Below are positions 38,801 through 49,093 of a stretch of DNA of 50,834 nucleotides, piece after piece (the first letter of the stretch is position 1; each line of letters begins with the position of its first letter). The notes below the pieces were generated by a model. It ran no database searches, was not told the origin of the DNA, and saw nothing but the letters and a program-made list of their open reading frames with translations. The stretch is taken from the NCBI GenBank assembly GCA_051453625.1, contig JBOZIK010000001.1:49814659-49865492 (forward strand), written 5' to 3'. Source of the DNA: Welwitschia mirabilis (Eukaryota). The translations under genes and the position numbers were made by a program.

Positions 38801-40400
38801 TATGTTTCTTTCTTTTGCTTGTTTCAAAAAGTTTTAAGGTTTTTGAAATGGATGTAAAGAGTGCTTTCTTAAATGGAAAAATTGATGAAGAAGTCTATGT
38901 TAGTTAGCCAAAAGGCTTTGTAGATCTTGTTTTCTTGATCATGTATATGGAATGCATAAAGCTTTTTATGGTTTAAAACAATCCCCTAGGGGTTGGTATG
39001 ATAAATTATTCTCATGTTCAATTGAAAATGGATTTGTAAAAGGTAGTGTTGACTGAACCTTATTTAGAAAAGGTATTGATAATGAGTTTATCTTAGTTCA
39101 AATCTATGTTAATGACACTCTATTTGGATTCACTAGTGAAGGTTTATCTTCATATTTTGGAAGATTAAGTTCCAAATTTGAAATGAGGATGGTGGATGTA
39201 GTGAATACGTACTTAGGCCTTCAAATAAGACAAAATGGAATCCTTATAAATCAAAGTAAATATTCACATGGTTTGGTAAAGAAATTTGGATTAGAAAATG
39301 CAAAATTTGTCAACACTCCTATGGCTACAAATGTGAAACTTAATCAAGATGAGGTAGGCAAGGATGTTGATTAAAGACTATCGAAGTATTATTGGGATCC
39401 TATTATATTTAACTGCAAGTAGACCTAACATTGCTTTTACTGTTGGATTGTGTACCAAATATTAGGGAAAGCCTAAGGAATCCCACATGGTGGCTGCAAA
39501 GAGATACTTCAGTACGTGAAAGGTACAATTCATTTTGGCATATGGTACCCTAATGATACATCACTAAGTTTGATAGCTTATAGCGACGCGGATTGAGCTA
39601 GCTACAAAGATGACTAGAAAGTACCAGTGGAGGATGTTCCTCCTGGGAAAATGTCTAACAACATGGTATAACAAGAAACAAAATTCAATATCCTTATCTA
39701 TTGTAAAGTTGAGTACATTGCTACTGGTTGTTGTTGATGTACTCAAGCATTATGGACGAAGGNNNNNNNNNNNNNNNNNNNNNNNNNNNNNNNNNNNNNN
39801 NNNNNNNNNNNNNNNNNNNNNNNNNNNNNNNNNNNNNNNNNNNNNNNNNNNNNNNNNNNNNNAAAAAGATACTTCAGAACGTGAAAGGTACAATTCATTT
39901 TGGCATATGGTATCCTGATGATACATCACTAAGTTTAATAGCTTATAGCGATGTGGATTGGGCTAGCTACAAAGATGATTAGAAAGTACCAGTGGAGGAT
40001 GTTCCTCCTCGGAAAATGTCTAACAGCATGGTATAGTAAGAAACAAAATTCAATATCCTTATCTATTGTAAAAGTTGAGTACATTTCTACTGGTTGTTGT
40101 TGATACACTCAAGCATTATGGACGAAGGAAATGTCAAAGAATTTTAGAATAGGAATGTCAGAATTCCAATGTGTAATGGCTCAAGTGCCATTCAAATTGC
40201 TCATAATCCAGTACAACACTCTTAAACCAAGCACATCTAAATTAGGTATCATTTCATATGAGAACTTGTAGAGCATAAGGTAATATTTTCAGAATATATT
40301 TCTATTCAAGATCAATTAGTAGATATTCCTACCAAGCTGTTATCGTTAGATAGATTTGAAATTTTAAGGTATTTTGTAGGGGTTGTTTCACAATGTGAGA
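35900..40400 (+). pseudogene. Degenerate copia gag-pol polyprotein (gag, protease, integrase, RT, RNase H)
   Basis: gag EGNSIPRPPL..WKAKMRVF..SIDLDIW (~35915-36020); protease LDSGCSRHVT (~36540); GAG-pre-integrase LWHQRLGHLNF; integrase RIRSDHGGEFEN and NTPQQNG; KFDSKANEGIYLGYS; RT MDVKSAFLNG, FYGLKQSPRGWY, QIYVND; RNase H IAYSDVDWA and NPVQHS*TKHI. Many stops and frameshifts. Confidence 0.92.
36274..36480 (+). mobile_element. TRIM-like miniature LTR element fragment nested in Sirevirus gag
   Basis: LTR-like end GGCCAACA (36358), PBS TGGTGTTAGAGCC (36361-36373), ~90 bp non-coding internal region, PPT-like TGGGAGAT, then TGTTGGATACC (36460). Host pol resumes by ~36500. Confidence 0.6.
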
Positions 40401-40940
40401 TGAAAGGCCCAGATTGACTAAATAATAAGTTCAGTTGCTCTGACTCAACTTCATTGTCCACCTTATTTTTTATTGTTAAATCTGTTTCTCATGGGATCCA
40501 TCGGATAGTTTTTGCAGACAACTAAGTTGGAATTGTAAAATTTTATTAAAGTTTTCTTTTTGTTTTTCGGGGCGACCGGATAACTCTTGAGGTCCACTGG
40601 TTATGCGGGAGGCTGCGCCATTATTTTTTGATTTTCAAAGTTTTTCAAATTTTGGTGGCATTAAATGGGTGTGCTTCTCAAGGCTTTGTACTTCGTTCCC
40701 TGTCCAACTACCCCAGCATTTTCCTTACATGCAAATTTGATCTTCGAATCACCGACCATCATTTCATGCTTGCCTTTGTCTACTCAGTTTCTCACCTCCT
40801 CCTCTTTTACAAAAATTTAAAATAAAATATATTAAAAAAACTCTTTCCTACCCTCTTTCTTCATTTCATGTAAGCTTTTCCTTCTCCCACCTCGTACTTT
40901 TCATCTTCCATTTTGCTCGCTTTCTACCTTATTCACAAAG

Positions 40941-42500
40941 ATGGCTTTAAGGTAGTCAGGTGCAAGCTCCAAGAAGAAGAGAAAGGAGGCTGCAAACAAA
41001 CCACCAGTATGCTATTTTGCAGGGATGTCAACTGAAGATATTGACCTTTTTAAAGAAAACTTTGAAACAGGCCCTATTGCCATGGAAAGAACTTGCGAAC
41101 TAGTGCAATTTCAAAGCTTCAAGATTGTTCAACAACTTCTCAATGAGGTAAACTAGAGTAATTTCTCATACATTCAAGGAAGTTGTTGTCCTTTGGTTAC
41201 AAGGTTGTTTTACTTTGATGCCAAGTATAATGCTGCAAATTCTGCTCTCCCTACCTTAGGTTTTGTAAAAGAAATGAAGATTACTGCAGACTTTAATCTC
41301 TACCCTAATAGCCCTTTGAAGGGGGAGCATGTGAGAGTATTGGCCATTTGCAAAAACCTTTGATGAAAAGGAGCATGCCACTAGAATGATATGTGGCAAG
41401 TATGTCAAATGAAAGAAGATGCTCAAGCCTTAAAGCTTCCCCTCAAATTTTGTCTTCTTCATCTCCTTCTTTCTTTCAGCTTTCTCCCTGTTGCTGGTCA
41501 TAGAGATGAACTCTCCAACTTCTATGCTTATCTTCTATTTTGTTTGGAGAAACAAAAGGATATTGATGCTTCTTTCATCACGCTTTGGCATATGGTGCAT
41601 CAATGTTAGCCTCATAGAAAACGCTCTCTTCCTTATCCTTTTCTCATTACCAAAAATTGCAAAGACTTCAATATGCCTCATCAAAATAGTTAAGAAATTC
41701 TTAAGCCTATGGAACCCATTGATAACACTACTTTGTCTTATGTCCACATTTTTGATGAACCAACCACGTCCTCCAAGGTAAAGCTTAAAGCATCCCACAC
41801 TCAGCAATTCATCATCTTTTACATGTTGTGGACGTTCATACCAAGCACATCAAGGAGGATGTTGTGGCTAGTGGAACTCTAGTTGTTGGGACATCTCCAA
41901 GTGGTAGGCAAGAGCCACCAATGAAAGCTTCTTCCCTACTCTTTGGTCTTTTGTCACTGAGGTGAATGGGTGAGTAGAGTGATGTATTAAAGCCAAAAAT
42001 GCCACCCACGATCAACATGCAACATTATACTCTGATATGTAGTGNNNNNNNNNNNNNNNNNNNNNNNNNNNNNNNNNNNNNNNNNNNNNNNNNNNNNNNN
42101 NNNNNNNNNNNNNNNNNNNNNNNNNNNNNNNNNNNNNNNNNNNNTGTTAGCCTCATAGAAAACGCTCTCTTCCTTATCCTTTTCTCATTACCAAAAATTG
42201 CAAAGACTTCAATATGAATCATCAAAATCGTCAAGAAATTCTTAAACCTATGGAACCCATTGATCACACTACTTTGTCTTATGCACATTTTTGATGAACC
42301 AGCCACGTCCTCCAAGGTAAAGCTTAAAGCATCCCACACTCAGCAATTCTTCATCTTTTACATGTTGTGGACTTTCATACCAAGCACATCAAGGAGGATT
42401 ATGTGGCTAGTGGAACTCTAGTTGTTGGCACATCTCCAAGTGGTAGGCAAGAGTCACCGATGACAACTTCTTCTTCCTCAGTTAAAGAAGACTAAACTCA
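40941..42500 (+). pseudogene. Decayed env-like / extra ORF between pol and the 3' LTR of the Sirevirus-like element
   Basis: From ATG at 40941: MALR*SGASSKKKRKE...DLFKENFETGPIAMERTCELVQFQSFKIVQQLLNEVN*SNF...CPLVTRLFYFD. This resembles the F..R.I..ER...W..F...P.LVR.FY pattern of Sirevirus/plant retrotransposon env-like ORFs, and it occupies the expected position. Confidence 0.65.
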
Positions 42501-43052
42501 TTTATTTCCCCCCTTTTTTTCACTCTTTGGTCTTTTGTCACTGAGGCGAATGGGCGAGTAGAGTGATGTATTAAAGCCAAAAATGCCACCCACAATCAAC
42601 ATGCAACATTATACTCTGATATGTAGTGTGTTTCTCTTCTATTTCAGATAAGTCTTATTGATATGTAATCTGCTTTATATAATCAAGAATGTAATAGTCT
42701 TGTCCTTTTGTTGTTTGCCAAGTGGATGCTTTTGTGGTTGTTTCAAAACGATATTTGTTATCTAATTGTATACTTGTAATATTGGATATGTAATAGAAAG
42801 TCTTTTCCAGTTACTCCTTTTCTCCATTTTTATGCACATATTTAGGGGGAGTTTTTCTTTTCTTAAGCTTAGTGTAAGAGGGGAGCTCTCTCATAACTTG
42901 TTCTTAGTGTAAGAGGGGAGCTCTCTCATAACTTGTTCTAATTGTCTTCAATGGGGAAGGGGGAGTTTGTTAGAAAAAGTCTTGTTATTAATGCCCCTTC
43001 CTCATTGGTCTTTGGTGTTTTCTTAAGTCTTATTTCAGGTTGGGTCAAGTGA

Positions 43053-46000
43053 TGTTGGATTTAGGCTAGTCCCATTAGCCACAGGCCTTTTAAGAAAGAA
43101 ATGGAACTCAAAGGATAAACAATAAAATTAGTTCCATCATTTTTGCATTGTCATTGAGGGGTTTAAAAACCCTTCTTTTACAATAGGAAATAGAAAGATA
43201 AGGGAATGGGAGAGAAAAAGAGGGACGACGGGAGAGGGAAATAAGTTAGTGGTTGTAACAACCACTTAATTATGGGACTGAGGGAGCTACTAGGAAAATA
43301 AGTAGGAATAGGGATTTGACTAGTAAGTTAAGATATCCAACAAACTCCCCTTAATGACAAATCTAAGAATCAGATTGTCATCACAATTAAAGTGCTATAA
43401 CATGCCTCAACATAGCAATCCATTAGAATTTACCACCTCAGGTATGGACTAACCATTACGAAGTTGACTAATCATGACAATGTGGACTAACCATGACAAT
43501 ATGTTTTAACCATTATAGTGTGGACTAACCATGACAATTTGGACTAACCACGACAATATGGACTAACCACGACAATGTAGACTAACCATGACAATGTGAC
43601 TAACCATGACAATGNNNNNNNNNNNNNNNNNNNNNNNNNNNNNNNNNNNNNNNNNNNNNNNNNNNNNNNNNNNNNNNNNNNNNNNNNNNNNNNNNNNNNN
43701 NNNNNNNNNNNNNNNNNNNNNNNNNNNNNNNNNNNNNNNNNNNNNNNNNNNNNNNNNNNNNNNNNNNNNNNNNNNNNNNNNNNNNNNNNNNNNNNNNNNN
43801 NNNNNNNNNNNNNNNNNNNNNNNNNNNNNNNNNNNNNNNNNNNNNNNNNNNNNNNNNNNNNNNNNNNNNNNNNNNNNNNNNNNNNNNNNNNNNNNNNNNN
43901 NNNNNNNNNNNNNNNNNNNNNNNNNNNNNNNNNNNNNNNNNNNNNNNNNNNNNNNNNNNNNNNNNNNNNNNNNNNNNNNNNNNNNNNNNNNNNNNNNNNN
44001 NNNNGGGGAGTTTCTTAGAAAAAGCCTTGTTATTAATGCCCCTTCTTCATTGGTCTTTGGTGTTTTCTTAAGTCTTGTTTCAGGTTGGGGCAAGTGATGT
44101 TGGATTTAGGCTAGTCCCATTGGACACAGGCCTTTTAAGAAAGAAATGGAACTCAAAGAATAAACAATAAAATTAGTTCCCTTTTTTTTTGCATTGGCAT
44201 TGAGGGGTTCAAATACCCTTCTTTTACAATAGGAAATAGAAAGATAAGGGAATGGGAGAGAAAAATAGGGACAACGGGAGAGGGAAATAAGGAAGTGGTT
44301 GTAAACACCACTTAATTATGGACATGAGGGAGCTACTAGGAGANNNNNNNNNNNNNNNNNNNNNNNNNNNNNNNNNNNNNNNNNNNNNNNNNNNNNNNNN
44401 NNNNNNNNNNNNNNNNNNNNNNNNNNNNNNNNNNNNNNNNNNNNNNNNNNNNNNNNNNNNNNNNNNNNNNNNNNNNNNNNNNNNNNNNNNNNNNNNNNNN
44501 NNNNNNNNNNNNNNNNNNNNNNNNNNNNNNNNNNNNNNNNNNNNNNNNNNNNNNNNNNNNNNNNNNNNNNNNNNNNNNNNNNNNNNNNNNNNNNNNNNNN
44601 NNNNNNNNNNNNNNNNNNNNNNNNNNNNNNNNNNNNNNNNNNNNNNNNNNNNNNNNNNNNNNNNNNNNNNNNNNNNNNNNNNNNNNNNNNNNNNNNNNNN
44701 NNNNNNNNNNNNNNNNNNNNNNNNNNNNNNNNNNNNNNNNNNNNNNNNNNNNNNNNNNNNNNNNNNNNNNNNNNNNNNNNNNNNNNNNNNNNNNNNNNNN
44801 NNNNNNNNNNNNNNNNNNNNNNNNNNNNNNNNNNNNNNNNNNNNNNNNNNNNNNNNNNNNNNNNNNNNNNNNNNNNNNNNNNNNNNNNNNNNNNNNNNNN
44901 NNNNNNNNNNNNNNNNNNNNNNNNNNNNNNNNNNNNNNNNNNNNNNNNNNNNNNNNNNNNNNNNNNNNNNNNNNNNNNNNNNNNNNNNNNNNNNNNNNNN
45001 NNNNNNNNNNNNNNNNNNNNNNNNNNNNNNNNNNNNNNNNNNNNNNNNNNNNNNNNNNNNNNNNNNNNNNNNNNNNNNNNNNNNNNNNNNNNNNNNNNNN
45101 NNNNNNNNNNNNNNNNNNNNNNNNNNNNNNNNNNNNNNNNNNNNNNNNNNNNNNNNNNNNNNNNNNNNNNNNNNNNNNNNNNNNNNNNNNNNNNNNNNNN
45201 NNNNNNNNNNNNNNNNNNNNNNNNATGAAGATAGCCATCCTCAAGACCAAGTCCAATGAGAGAAAGGGCTTCTTGATTACCATCTTCCCAATCATTAGTT
45301 TTGTCAGGATCTTTTGGCTTTGGTATCTTACCACTTGTCACTTTCCACACATTTTTATTAATTAGCAAAAGTTGCATTTTTACTTGCTATGTGTGAAAAT
45401 TCCTTCCATTAAATTTTTCAGTGTGTTTACTCGTGATTTTCTTCTTATCTAATTTTACCCTCATTAACTTGACAGATTTAAGCACCTTCATCAAGCCCCC
45501 TCTTAATTACTATTTTCATCACTTCACCACCCTTTAAAGGATTAAATACTTCCTAGCCTCTTAGCCTCTCCCTCAACAAAATACTTTTATTAAAAAGGTA
45601 CAAAAGGCTAAGGGTTATACCCCTTAAAACCCCTTTATAAATCTTGAAAATTTTATGGGCCCTAAATTCTCTATGACAAGAAGGTAGTGTTAATGGCTCG
45701 CAAAACTCATGTATGCAAGTTGGGCCTTCTTTGTCATCATTCTCTGGAGCTTACAGAGGCCTCGCCCCTCGGAAAGTTGTTTTAGAGATTTCATGTCATG
45801 AAACCCTAGCTATCGCAGGTGATGCTTTGGCAAGACAGGGAAAGCTTCAAAGACAATGGATCTTTCGGAGGCAACAAGTGGTGGAGGTGCAGAAGCAAGC
45901 AGCGGAGGCGGAGGATCACTGATAGGTGGTGATGGGTGAGGATGAGATCCCAAGGATGTTACAAAAATCAATGATTAAGTCATTAAGACTGATCTGTGAA

Positions 46001-46891
46001 GGCTGCAAATTTTTCTCCGTTCTCACGCTAGACACTTTTGTTGCATCTATAAGGGTTTCAAAGAAATCTGCAGTAGTTTTGCTCTGAGATCATGGAACCG
46101 ATTTGCAGGCAGTGGGACATCCTGTAACCTAAGATGAAGAGCGTAAGTTCAAAGGGGCACAGGAATCCAAATTCCCCCTCTTTATTTCTTGTTCAAAGCT
46201 CTCTTCCACAAAATCCAAGCTCAAAAGGCAACAGGAAGAACAGAATGAAGGGGAAGAAGATCAGCTAGAATACTTGTTGGAGTTTGATCTGAGCAAACCC
46301 GCTTGAGCAAAAGCTCTGAAAGTCATCCCCAAATAAGAGAACACATAGCGTTGTGAGTCGAAGATGAAGAATATCCAAATGGACGTCTCCGTGAATGAAT
46401 TGAACTTTGAAANNNNNNNNNNNNNNNNNNNNNNNNNNNNNNNNNNNNNNNNNNNNNNNNNNNNNNNNNNNNNNNNNNNNNNNNNNNNNNNNNNNNNNNN
46501 NNNNNNNNNNNNATAAGGAATTGAACTTCAAAATGAAGGAGAGAGGTCAAATTGGAAGTTGGAAAAAAAAGGGCTAAGTTATGGACTTAATGTTTAGAAA
46601 TTCCGCAGCCAGCGAAGCACTAAGAGTGAGCTAAGTAGCTAGTGGTGGGATTGGCTCTAACACCATTTGTTGTATTTAAGGGGGTCCCAATAGCCATAGG
46701 GCTTTTAAGAAAGAAATGGAACTCAAATAATAAACAATAAAATTAGTTCCATCTTTTTTGCATTGGTATTGAGGGGTTTAAATACTTTCCTTAATGGGAG
46801 AGAAAAATAAGATTTGAACACTTCGTGATCCTTCTTGTCAGACATTGAATTAGCTGNNNNNNNNNNNNNNNNNNNNNNNNNNNNNCCAACA
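43053..46891 (-). mobile_element. Nested short Ty1/copia-type LTR element in inverted orientation; only gag is visible
   Basis: LTR 43053-43342 with termini TGTTGGAT...ATCCAACA; minus-strand PPT ATTAAGGGGAGTT (43343-43355); second LTR from ~46668, ending CCAACA at 46891; minus-strand PBS TGGTGTTAGAGCC (~46653-46665); TSD AGTGA / ATTGA (1 mismatch); gag EKFNGRNFHT*QVKMQLLLINKNVWK...WEDGNQEALSLIGLGL (45464-45226). Confidence 0.85.
43445..43614. repeat. 19-bp tandem repeat (consensus TGGACTAACCATGACAATG), about 9 copies running into an N gap
   Basis: Directly visible degenerate tandem copies inside the nested element, near its PPT. Confidence 0.9.
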
Positions 46892-48663
46892 ATTGAATAT
46901 TTGCTGAGGGTGATTTGAACACTTCCTGATTCTTCTTGTCAGAAATTGAATTAGCTGAGGGTGATTGAATAGCTTTTGAGGTCGACTACATTCAAGTCAG
47001 CCGAGGACCACTATTAAAAAACCGAATATTTTGAGGGAACCAAACCTTTTTTGAGGTCAACCAGATTCAGGTGAGCTAATAATCACTATCTGAAGAATGA
47101 ATCTCTTGAGGGAGACCTATCAACTAGTCGTTTGATTTTTTAATGAACATTAGCGCACTCCAATTCATTCCCAACAAGCTCTAGGGAATTGGAGGTTATT
47201 TGGAAGTTACCAATCAATCAGAAAACTGCGGGAACTTAAATAGAATTATGAAGTTGTTTTAGGGTCAATGCTTCCTTTGTAAAAAAATTATCTGCATTCT
47301 CTGAAATCTTTCTTAGTGTCCTATGCTTGTGAAATATACACTTCTCTTCAAGTTGTCATTGTATCATCAAGCTTTCAGAGCTCTTCTTCTTTGTGCTTAG
47401 CTTGGAACGGTATAGGGCAGTTGTGCACATCTCACATTCCATCTCTATACTTCTATAAAGTTTTCGGATTTGGTTTAAAATCCATAGGCTAAGGGAAAGG
47501 TTTTATGGTGAACCTGGAAAACCATATAATGGAATAATATAGTCCAGGTAAAGACACTTTGACTGTTGGCTGAAAAGTGGCTGCTAATTACTCCTAACCA
47601 AAATCTCCATTCTTGTCTTTGCATGTTAACATTGATTACTTTCACAAGCAGATAATATTTGAAGGTAGTTTTAAAGTATAAACCAACGTATTCACCCCCC
47701 TCTAGGGCTGATCCTTCTTTCAATTTCTTCACCCATCCTGCTCCACAAAAAAATAAAAAGCAAAAAGGAAAAGAAAAGGGAAAAAAAGAAAGGAAAAGTA
47801 TTCAAGGGAAAAAATTTAAAAGGAGGAGGAAAAGTTATAAACCTTTTGACTTATCCTTAACTCAAATACATAGCAAAAGCATTATTAAGATGGTTGGTTG
47901 GATACCATAGTTCATTTGTGAAGAATTCAGAGACTTTGTTCTTCCCTTAATGTTTTGATTAATCAAGAATACTAAAATCATAACTATCTTTGGTGTGATT
48001 TCTCTTTGTACCATGACTACCTTGAGCGATGCACAATAGAGAATTTATATATCTCTTCATGTGGATGTTATGGACTTGTTAAGGGTTTGTTTAGTAACTG
48101 CATGTTTCAGGTTTGACAATAAGTTTATTAAGCACACCAAAGATGTGCCAGATGTGTTCTCCATTCTCACGTATCCTCATTAACCTCTATATTTAAGACT
48201 TTGAAACCAAGGCTTTCTTCCACTAATATTAAGTGGTGGAAAAGGTTTGGTGATTACACATATATTATGTAAGAAATGGCAATTGGAAACTGGTTTATTT
48301 CCATCAGCACCCCAAAAACACGGATCCACACTTCCAGTTCATTAACCATATGGAAATGAAATTGACATTCCCATTCCTTGGCATAGAGTTTTTCCCCTTT
48401 ACTTAAGGAGCAACATAATAGTAGTTCGGTACTAGAAATGTCTATTTATAGGAAAGACACACACACACAAATAAATCCTTAGGTGCTAGATCTTACTGTA
48501 GTTTTTCAACAAGCTTTTGCCTCTTGTCATCAACATGTCCAACATTGATATTTGAAAATGCTTTTAGTTGGAAAAGGATGTCAATACTAAGCACGGTTGC
48601 TTACCGTTGAGAATTAATAACATCTTCAAGTTAGAATCAATTGTCAATAGAAGCAATATTAAA

Positions 48664-49093
48664 TGTTAGAAAGCCCAAATTAACCATTTAACAAGGATTA
48701 GGTTTCAATTAAATAATCTTCTTATTCTAATTTTGTCTAGGTTCATCTGATTGGGCATTGCTTCCTCTTCTCACTTCTGTAACTCCATTTACCTTCTTAG
48801 CTTTATATTACTATAGATGCTACTCTTTTTAGTTCCCGCATCAGTGGGTTGTGCTATTGGTCGTAGGATGTAGATTGCTGTCCCACTTGTACTTACTTCA
48901 CTTTCTCTTCACTACTTTCTTTCTTCTTACTTCTTGTAAGTATTTGAGAACATATTTCTTGGTTTGGGTTAAATCTCTTACAGGTGATGCGTTTAAAGAT
49001 CATTTATCAAGTCTGTATTAATTATTGATATTGGCAGGTTACATACGAAATTGTTGACACATTTAATCCTCATTCTAACAGCTCCCTTCAAAC
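48664..49093 (-). mobile_element. Probable copia-type LTR with adjacent PPT
   Basis: 8-bp terminal inverted repeat TGTTAGAA (48664) ... TTCTAACA (49080), immediately followed by GCTCCCTTCAAAC (minus-strand purine tract GTTTGAAGGGAGC). No partner LTR seen. Confidence 0.55.

Larger units (their letters stand above)
34938..47722 (+). mobile_element. Full-length decayed Ty1/copia LTR retrotransposon, Sirevirus (SIRE/Maximus)-like
   Basis: Perfect 5-bp TSD ATTTC at 34933-34937 and 47723-47727. 5' LTR 34938-35838; Met-type PBS TGGCATCAAAGC 35841-35852; gag-PR-INT-RT-RH order; PPT before the 3' LTR at 42968; 3' LTR ends ...TTCACCCCCTCTAGGGCTGATCCTTCTTTCA at 47722. Confidence 0.92.
42968..47722 (+). 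repeat. 3' LTR of the Sirevirus-like element, split by a nested insertion (host LTR parts 42968-43052 and 46892-47722)
   Basis: Preceded by PPT GGGGAAGGGGGAGTT. 42968-43052 aligns to the start of the 5' LTR, and ~46930-47722 aligns to ~35070-35838. Confidence 0.88.

Noticed and set aside
43445..43614. Short repeat array as a CRISPR array
   Set aside because: Head-to-tail units without unique spacers, eukaryotic retroelement context, no cas genes.
862..44343. Serial duplications as a genuine biological amplification system
   Set aside because: The repeats start at fixed-length N gaps regardless of element boundaries, which points to scaffolding of alternative haplotypes.
181..46550. Long ORFs in the ORF track made mostly of X (e.g. 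20069-21097, 33857-34573, 44318-45259)
   Set aside because: Artefacts of reading through N gaps.
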